Source: Candidatus Bathyarchaeum tardum (GTDB lineage: Archaea > Thermoproteota > Bathyarchaeia > Bathyarchaeales > Bathyarchaeaceae). Taken from it: a stretch of 64,000 nucleotides of DNA. Position 1 is the first letter of the stretch, and every line of letters begins with the position of its first letter. The notes under the pieces were generated by a model. The model saw only the letters and a list, made by a program, of their open reading frames with translations, was not told the DNA's origin and ran no database searches. The position numbers and the translations under genes were made by a program. Of this stretch, positions 57,576 through 64,000 are shown piece by piece. The DNA lies in assembly GCA_024650005.2 (NCBI GenBank), contig CP122380.1:1920001-1984000 (forward strand), given 5' to 3'.

Positions 57576-59249
57576 ATGTTGAAGGTTGCCATGGCTCAGA
57601 TTAATGCAACTGTTGGCGATTTGCAGGGAAACATAGCAAAAATTAGACAATATCTTGCAGATGCAAAATCGTGTGGAGCTGAGTTGGTTGTTTTTCCTGA
57701 GTTGGCTGTTACGGGTTATCCGCCCCAAGACTTGTTGTTGGAAAATGGGTTTGTGCTAAACAATAAACGTGCAATCTTTGAATTAATTGAAAATAACACT
57801 GCTGATGTCATTGCGGTTGTTGGGTTTGTTGACTACAAAGGCAAAGACATCTATAACGCTGCGGCGGTTTTCCAAAAAAACCAGTTACTCGGTGTGGTTC
57901 ACAAGGCGCTTTTGCCTACTTATGACGTGTTTGATGAGGACCGTTACTTCAAACCAGCAAAAACAGATGAAATTAATCCAGTTCCAGTTACCATTAGTGG
58001 AAAACAGGTCCTTTTGGGTGTAGAAATTTGCGAGGACCTTTGGGACACAGATTACGAGGTTAAGGTTACAGATTTGCTTGTGGAGCGAGGTGCACAGTTG
58101 GTTGTTAATCTTTCTGCGTCGCCGTTTCTTGTGGGAAAGCAATTGGAACGCCATAAATTATTGGTAGAAAAAGCTTCCAAAAACAAAGTGCCAGTTTTTT
58201 ATGTGAATCTTGTTGGGGGACAAGATGAACTGGTTTTTGATGGTCAAAGCATGGCGATGGACAAAACTGGTAATTTAGTTGCTTTGAGTGCGCAGTTTAC
58301 AGAAGATTTAGTTGTAACAGATATTGACTTAACCAAAGGCACGGGAGTAGCGGTTGAAGCTCCGTTGCATGATAAGGTTAAGGAAATGTTTGGGGCTTTG
58401 GTTTTGGGGATTCATGATTATTTTGCCAAGACTGGTTTTGAAAAGGCGGTTATCGGTTTGAGTGGAGGAATAGATTCTTCAGTTACTGCCGCTATTGCTG
58501 TTGAAGCCCTGGGAAAACAAAACGTGATTGGGGTTTCTATGCCTTCCCAGTTTTCTAGCGACCACAGTAAATCAGACGCTGAACAACTTGCGGAAAATTT
58601 GGGGATTTGTTTTGTGCAAATTGGCATCCAAAATGTTGTTAACGTGTTTCATGAGCAACTAAACCAGCCCCTGCAAAAGATCCGGGATTGTTTTGGTACA
58701 AAAAATGACCAAGATGATCCCGTGGCAGACGAGAATATTCAGCCTCGCGTGCGGGGAAACATATTGATGGATATTTCTAATCGATTAAAGGAACTGAAGA
58801 TTTTGGTTTTGAACACGGGAAACAAAACTGAAATTGCGTTAGGCTTTTGCACCCTGTATGGAGACATGGCTGGTGGCATTGGTGTATTGGGGGATGTGAG
58901 CAAATTGGAAGTTTACAAGCTTGCACATTACATTAACAGCAAAACCGGAAAGATGGTTATTCCCAAAAATGTAATCGAAAAACGTCCGTCCCCTGAACTT
59001 AAAGAGTGCCAGTTTGACCCTTTTGATTTTGACATAGTAAGTCCCCTAGTTGATGAAATCATAGAAAACAGAAGAAGCAAACAAGACCTAATAAAAATGG
59101 GATATCCAGAAGCTGCAGTAGACGACACATACCAACGAGTAAGAAACTCCGAATACAAACGACGGCAAGCAACCCCTTGCATCAAAATAACCCCCAAAGC
59201 ATTCGGCATCGGATGGAAAATGCCCATGGTCAACAAATATAAAGGCTAA
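57576..59249 (+). CDS. nadE: Glutamine-dependent NAD+ synthetase
   Basis: Nitrilase domain (FPEL, K..LP.YDVFDE, EICEDLW) plus LSGGIDS, NIQPR.R, TGNKTE and TLYGD. Confidence 0.95.
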   Translation: MLKVAMAQINATVGDLQGNIAKIRQYLADAKSCGAELVVFPELAVTGYPPQDLLLENGFVLNNKRAIFELIENNTADVIAVVGFVDYKGKDIYNAAAVFQKNQLLGVVHKALLPTYDVFDEDRYFKPAKTDEINPVPVTISGKQVLLGVEICEDLWDTDYEVKVTDLLVERGAQLVVNLSASPFLVGKQLERHKLLVEKASKNKVPVFYVNLVGGQDELVFDGQSMAMDKTGNLVALSAQFTEDLVVTDIDLTKGTGVAVEAPLHDKVKEMFGALVLGIHDYFAKTGFEKAVIGLSGGIDSSVTAAIAVEALGKQNVIGVSMPSQFSSDHSKSDAEQLAENLGICFVQIGIQNVVNVFHEQLNQPLQKIRDCFGTKNDQDDPVADENIQPRVRGNILMDISNRLKELKILVLNTGNKTEIALGFCTLYGDMAGGIGVLGDVSKLEVYKLAHYINSKTGKMVIPKNVIEKRPSPELKECQFDPFDFDIVSPLVDEIIENRRSKQDLIKMGYPEAAVDDTYQRVRNSEYKRRQATPCIKITPKAFGIGWKMPMVNKYKG

Positions 59250-59388
59250 CAAAACTCAAATCAGTTTTTAGATTACAAAAAGAGGTTCTTATGTTCGTTT
59301 TTGCCAGCATCCGAACAGTTTTTTCAAAACCCCTGATTTTATTTTTCATTTATTTCGCATAATTGTTAGCACTTAAGTTTGTTAGCAG

Positions 59389-60060
59389 TTAGCCTATTCT
59401 GAAGCTTATTCCGCCTTTGCTGAAGTAGCCTTTGGGGGCTTTGACTTTGTCGCCGTATACTTGTTTGAGCGAGTTTACGTAGTTGTTATTTTCGTCCATT
59501 TTGAATTTGTATTTTCCGAAACTGCCTTTAAATTCGATTTCAAACTCGTACTGGTTATTGTCAGAGTTTCCGTAACTTTTACGTTTCAACTTGATTTCAC
59601 TTACCCCGCTGTTTTGTATCTCAAAGTTTCCTGCAGTTTCAGACAAAGCGACTGAGGGCTCCATAGTGTAATAACGCTGGGCAAACATTGACGAAGCTTT
59701 GAGTTGTTCCCCCCATTGTCCAAAAAAGCCTTTTCCTTCGGCTTTGGCTTGGGCGCGGGCTTTATTGATGATGTCCTTTAGCATATCAGAGGTCATTTGA
59801 GCAAAAACTAGGCGCTTATTGGTTAACACACCAAAGAATGTGTCGTAACGTCCAAGAGATTTGGGTTTTCTTAAAAGGATAACTCCTAGCACAGGTTCAG
59901 TTAATGAGGATTCTTGAGTTTTTTCGGAAACAGTAGATTCCACCGCAGCAGGTGCACTAACTGCTTCAACTTTAGCAGGTTCAGCAACTGGAGTTCCACA
60001 GGTGCCACAAAAATTGGAAGTTTCTTTGAGTTCTTTTCCACAATTTTCGCAATAGGGCAA
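59389..60060 (-). CDS. Zinc-ribbon domain protein
   Basis: YCENCG.......FCGTCG followed by an uncharacterised domain (LTNKRLVF). Confidence 0.8.
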   Translation of the reverse strand: MPYCENCGKELKETSNFCGTCGTPVAEPAKVEAVSAPAAVESTVSEKTQESSLTEPVLGVILLRKPKSLGRYDTFFGVLTNKRLVFAQMTSDMLKDIINKARAQAKAEGKGFFGQWGEQLKASSMFAQRYYTMEPSVALSETAGNFEIQNSGVSEIKLKRKSYGNSDNNQYEFEIEFKGSFGKYKFKMDENNNYVNSLKQVYGDKVKAPKGYFSKGGISFRIG

Positions 60061-60378
60061 AGCAAATCACAAACCCACTCAACCACTACGAGATTAAAAT
60101 CTTTTTCTGCATTACTGGATCAAAATCTTACCAAAACAAACAAGCATCAAATTACCCCTATGAAGTTGTTTTTTCTCTGTTTGGTCAACATGTTACTAAT
60201 ATAATAGAGGTTAATTGTTGAAAACAGTGTTCTCTCTGGTTTTGTACCTGAATCTACAATATTGAAAAGTGTATTTTTTCTTATATCATTCAAAATATTT
60301 CATGTGTAGGTTTTTGTGGGGATTTCTACGGTTTTGTCAAAAGAATTAAATATACTCTATATTTTTCCACATTAACTC

Positions 60379-60790
60379 ATGAGCTTTAAAGAGTGGATTA
60401 TACCTCAGGGCAAGATTTTTTTCAACTAAATAGAGGAACAAGCGGACATTGTGCTAAAAGCAGCCACATTGTCTAGACGAGTAATGATACCAAAGGGTAA
60501 AACATTAGCATAAGCAAATAAAGTAAGGTAAGGTAGACAGTTTTTAATCATCATGAAAACAATGATGACACAAGAGTCATTTTTTGGTGACTTCTATAAA
60601 CAGGGAAATTGAACGCCACTAAGACAGGAATTCCATGTAACAGGTTAGGACATGACAAGCAAGTTAGTAATAAAAATACACCTTGGATAAATTGGTCAAT
60701 GCCAGTGGACAACTAAAACCATCAAACTGTTGAATATGCACCACTCAGGTTATCAGAACATGACATAGAATAAGTCCATTGCGAGGAAAC
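60379..60790 (+). pseudogene. Decayed DUF47 (phosphate transport regulator) gene, possibly with Pit transporter debris
   Basis: ATG at 60379 reads MSFKEWIIPQGKIFFN*IEEQADIVLKAA, a typical DUF47 N-terminus with an internal stop; the downstream sequence has no intact ORF. Confidence 0.55.
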
Positions 60791-60816
60791 AGAACAATAA
60801 ACAATAAAAAAGGAAA

Positions 60817-61980
60817 CTAGGGCATTTTTGTTTTTTGCCCGTTACCTGTGGGTTGTCGCCGCTTTTTTATGGGAACAAATTTTGTTCCGTAGGCTCCGAT
60901 GTAGCTTGATGTTGGTCGTAACAAAACTGAGTCTGAATATTGTTCAAGTATGTGGGCGGTCCATCCTGTTATTCTGCTGGCAGCAAAAAACAAGGTAAAG
61001 AATTCTTTAGGAATATCCAAGGCATTAAGAACAAGAGCAGCATAAAAGTCTACGTTGGGGTAAATGTTTTTTTCTTTGTGAACAACTGCTTGAATTTTTC
61101 TACAGGTACGATACAAATCCATGCGGTCTTTGCGTTCACACAAGGCTTTGCTTACAGTTCTAAGATGCCGTGACCGAGGATCATTAGACACGTAAACTCG
61201 GTGACCAAAACCCATGATCTTTTGGTGATCAAATAACATTCCCCGAATGTAAGCTTCAACTTCACCACTGCTAACATCCAAAAGCATATTCATTACCCGT
61301 TCGCTGGCTCCTCCATGCAGTTTACCTTTCAAAGTGCCAACCGCGGAAGTTACTGCAGAATACATGTCCGAAAAAGTACTGGCAGTCACACGAGCAGCAA
61401 AAGCAGATGCATTCAATCCATGGTCAGCATGCAAAATCATGTAACGTTCAATGGATTCGATTTCTTCTTTGTCGGCAGGTTTGCCCCGGAACATGTACAA
61501 AAAGTTTTCTGCAAAAGAGTAATCTTTCTTGGGTTCAACAGGTTCCAGATCGTTACGCAACCGATAAATTGCCGCAACTAATGTGGGAACCTTTGCAATC
61601 AAACTAAGCCCCCGCTTCAAACTGGAAGCTTCAGAGACATCATCTGGGTCGGGGTCAAATTCTCCAAGCTGTGAGATTGAGGTTCGCAATATTTCCATGG
61701 GATGGCTGGTTTTTGGAGAATGTTGTATGCTTTCAATTATTTTGTCAGGTAAATTCATTTCAGAAAACAGTGCATCTTTGATTTCTTTCAATTCTGTTTC
61801 TGTGGGTAATCTTTTGTGCAATAGTAGGTAAACAACTTCTTCGTAACAGACTCGACCTAAAAGACGGTCGATGTCGTATCCAACATAATATAATGCACCA
61901 AGGGGGTCAACAAAACTATTGCGTGTTTGACAAGCGGCAACATCACGCAATCCGCGAACATATTCTTTTTCATTAGACAT
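60817..61980 (-). CDS. Citrate (or 2-methylcitrate) synthase
   Basis: GLRDVAA, HPM, LHADHG.NAS, G.LHGGA, MGFGHRVY...DPR, YPNVDF and R..GW.AH motifs. Confidence 0.92.
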   Translation of the reverse strand: MSNEKEYVRGLRDVAACQTRNSFVDPLGALYYVGYDIDRLLGRVCYEEVVYLLLHKRLPTETELKEIKDALFSEMNLPDKIIESIQHSPKTSHPMEILRTSISQLGEFDPDPDDVSEASSLKRGLSLIAKVPTLVAAIYRLRNDLEPVEPKKDYSFAENFLYMFRGKPADKEEIESIERYMILHADHGLNASAFAARVTASTFSDMYSAVTSAVGTLKGKLHGGASERVMNMLLDVSSGEVEAYIRGMLFDHQKIMGFGHRVYVSNDPRSRHLRTVSKALCERKDRMDLYRTCRKIQAVVHKEKNIYPNVDFYAALVLNALDIPKEFFTLFFAASRITGWTAHILEQYSDSVLLRPTSSYIGAYGTKFVPIKKRRQPTGNGQKTKMP

Positions 61981-62175
61981 TTTCTTATTTCAACTCGTTT
62001 TTTCAACTGAACGTTCTAACAAGCACCGAAAACCCAGTCTACTCAAACAAGTGAATGAGCAATTAACAACATACGGCTTAATTTGCATAAGACAACCTGC
62101 AGTTAACAGTGCATTGGAACGTAAATCTAATAACAAAAATGGAAAGACTGTTTTATAAGTCCTTTCCAGACCAAA

Positions 62176-63087
62176 CTATCTTAACAATTTATTGAGTATC
62201 GCCTTGGCAGAATACAAACGGTTCTCGCTTTGAGGGAAAATCACAGAATTAGGGTGCATTATTACATCATCAGAAATTTCGTATCCCCGATGGATGGGCA
62301 TATCATGCATTATAAGGGCGTCACTGTTAGTTGCAAGGAGTTTTTTGTTGACTTGATACGGAAGCATTAAGTTAACTCGTTTTTGTTTTTCTTTTTCAAA
62401 TTTTGGGTCTAAAAAGAACTCCATATCCACCCAAGTGTCAGTGTAAATTACGTCACAATCTTCCACTGCAGCATTTACGTCCATAGAATTGGAATATAAT
62501 CCCGTAGATTTTGCAGCCTCCAAGATATTCTCGTCAACTGAAGCTTTATTCACCAAAGGGGTAACTGTAACTATTTTCATTCCGGTTCGAGTGCATCCTT
62601 CAATCAATGAGTTACAAATGTTATTGTGAACACCAATGTAAGCAAGTTTAAGGCCTTTGAGTTTGCCTTTTTTTTCTTTGATAGTAACCAAGTCAGCAAT
62701 AATCTGGCAAGGATGATATTTTTCGTCACAGCCATTAATTACAGGAACAGTTGCCGCGTCAGCTATACTCTGCAAGGTTGAATTTTTCAGTACTCGAGCC
62801 ATAATTCCGTCAACATAACCAGAAATAGATTTAGTTTCATCCCCAAGGTCAGCTAAAACCAAATTGGTGTTTCTCCAATCCATGTAAGCTGCATGTCCCC
62901 CAAGTTGAGTCATTGCAACTTCAAAAGATAATCTAGTTCGAGTTGATGTTTTTTGAAAAATCAAAGCTAAAGACCTGCCCTCCAATGCGAACTCGTAATC
63001 CTGAGGATTTTGTTTTATTTCTAACGAATCATCAATGACCTGGTTGATTTCTGTTGAAGTCCAGTCTTTAAGCGTAATCAGGTGCAA
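62176..63087 (-). CDS. argF: Ornithine carbamoyltransferase
   Basis: FQKTSTRTR, HPCQ, YTDTWVDM, MHDMP and QSENR motifs; TTG start at 63087 (MHLITLKDW). Confidence 0.93.
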   Translation of the reverse strand: MHLITLKDWTSTEINQVIDDSLEIKQNPQDYEFALEGRSLALIFQKTSTRTRLSFEVAMTQLGGHAAYMDWRNTNLVLADLGDETKSISGYVDGIMARVLKNSTLQSIADAATVPVINGCDEKYHPCQIIADLVTIKEKKGKLKGLKLAYIGVHNNICNSLIEGCTRTGMKIVTVTPLVNKASVDENILEAAKSTGLYSNSMDVNAAVEDCDVIYTDTWVDMEFFLDPKFEKEKQKRVNLMLPYQVNKKLLATNSDALIMHDMPIHRGYEISDDVIMHPNSVIFPQSENRLYSAKAILNKLLR

Positions 63088-63247
63088 TACTTCTCTCTCC
63101 ACAATTATGCAGAATACTTGTTCACACAGACCGTTATATAAATTATCAAAAAACAATTCAATAAACCATAGAGTCAAAGTATGAAGTAAAAATTCTGAAT
63201 TATTATATTCTGTTATATGAATCTGAATGTAAGTTGAGGCACATCCA

Positions 63248-64000
63248 TTGAAAATAGGTAATAAAAAAATTAGGAGAAGAGTATTAAAAAACGTACAAAA
63301 TAATGGAATTTCTCCAATTCTAGCAAGTTTACTATTGATCGTAATAGTGGTAGCAGCAGCGATTGTTGCCTATTCTTGGGTTCAAAGCACCACCACAACT
63401 CAACTAAATCAGGCTAGCGGATTTATTATCATGGAAAATGTACGCTTTTACGACAGCGACAAAATTGAACTGTCCATACGTAATACTGGCACTGGAGACC
63501 TTAAAGTAGACACCATTTACATTGATGATGTGCCCCAAAAGGTTGCTCAGCAAATTCCAAGTAAAGAATGTATTAGTATTGTTCTGGATCATAATTGGGA
63601 ACTGGGAACAAAATACAGGATAAAAACGGCAACCACAGCGGGTCTTTATGCTGAAAAGACATGCATGTCGCCTTCAAGTTTGCAAGTGGGACTTGATGAG
63701 GTTTGGACTAAACGAAAACAAGTAACAATAGACAACAGTCTCAACCCTGAAGGCTTAACTAATTATCAAATCAAAATTAACGTTCCATACGATTCAGATA
63801 TGAACTCAGATTTTTCTGATCTTCGATTCACAAACAGTGATGAGCAAACTTTAATTCCGTACTGGATTGAAAGCTACATTGCTTCAGATTCTACTGTAGT
63901 TTGGGTTAATATTCCATCAATACCTGCTTTGTCCACTGAAACTGTCTACATGTATTATGGTAACCCATCTGCCAGTTCAGAAAGTGACCCAGAAGAAACA
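63248..64000 (+). CDS. Archaeal type IV pilin-like protein fused to a DUF2341 domain (runs off the window end)
   Basis: Class III signal NG|ISPILASLLLIVIVVAAAIVAYSW, pilin-like IRNTG...YID, then W..RK.VTIDN, FSDLRFT, YWIE, VWV.IPSI and YMYYGNP. Confidence 0.85.
   Translation, partial: MKIGNKKIRRRVLKNVQNNGISPILASLLLIVIVVAAAIVAYSWVQSTTTTQLNQASGFIIMENVRFYDSDKIELSIRNTGTGDLKVDTIYIDDVPQKVAQQIPSKECISIVLDHNWELGTKYRIKTATTAGLYAEKTCMSPSSLQVGLDEVWTKRKQVTIDNSLNPEGLTNYQIKINVPYDSDMNSDFSDLRFTNSDEQTLIPYWIESYIASDSTVVWVNIPSIPALSTETVYMYYGNPSASSESDPEET

Noticed and set aside
63088-63177. 30-aa N-terminal extension of ArgF
   Set aside because: Family similarity starts at TTG 63087 behind a GGAGAG SD; the extension overlaps the promoter region.

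Overview
This 64 kb window looks like an archaeal chromosome segment. The evidence is tfe, tfb, aTrm56, TiaS, EndoQ, archaeal PEP carboxylase, Cdc48, Nep1 and an Rpp21-S19e-L39e-L31e-eIF6-LX-prefoldin-FtsY cluster. Gene content and style (many TTG/GTG starts, secreted beta-propeller and pilin/DUF2341 proteins) resemble Bathyarchaeia, which is an inference. Most of the window is housekeeping, with three tRNAs: Val-TAC, Ser-GCT and Asn-GTT. Two small integrase-free cassettes each sit between a working gene end and a diverged, displaced copy of that same end. (1) A ~3 kb insert at the endoQ 5' end carries an AbrB-type regulator, a translationally coupled beta-CASP/RNase J-like plus PD-(D/E)XK nuclease pair (candidate undescribed defence system) and a truncated Mrr-like winged helix. 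(2) A ~2.5 kb insert at the 3' end of the DUF355 gene carries a putative caspase-fold secreted protease and a PepSY-like partner. The protease signal peptide is interrupted by a perfect 38-bp repeat / 37-bp spacer / 38-bp repeat. Other observations are three likely non-canonical start codons (ATA, ATT, CTG), several unannotated microproteins, decayed mgtE and DUF47 relics, a HAD-polyprenol kinase fusion and a structured intergenic element with micro-ORFs. All family assignments come from motif recognition by eye; no database searches were run.
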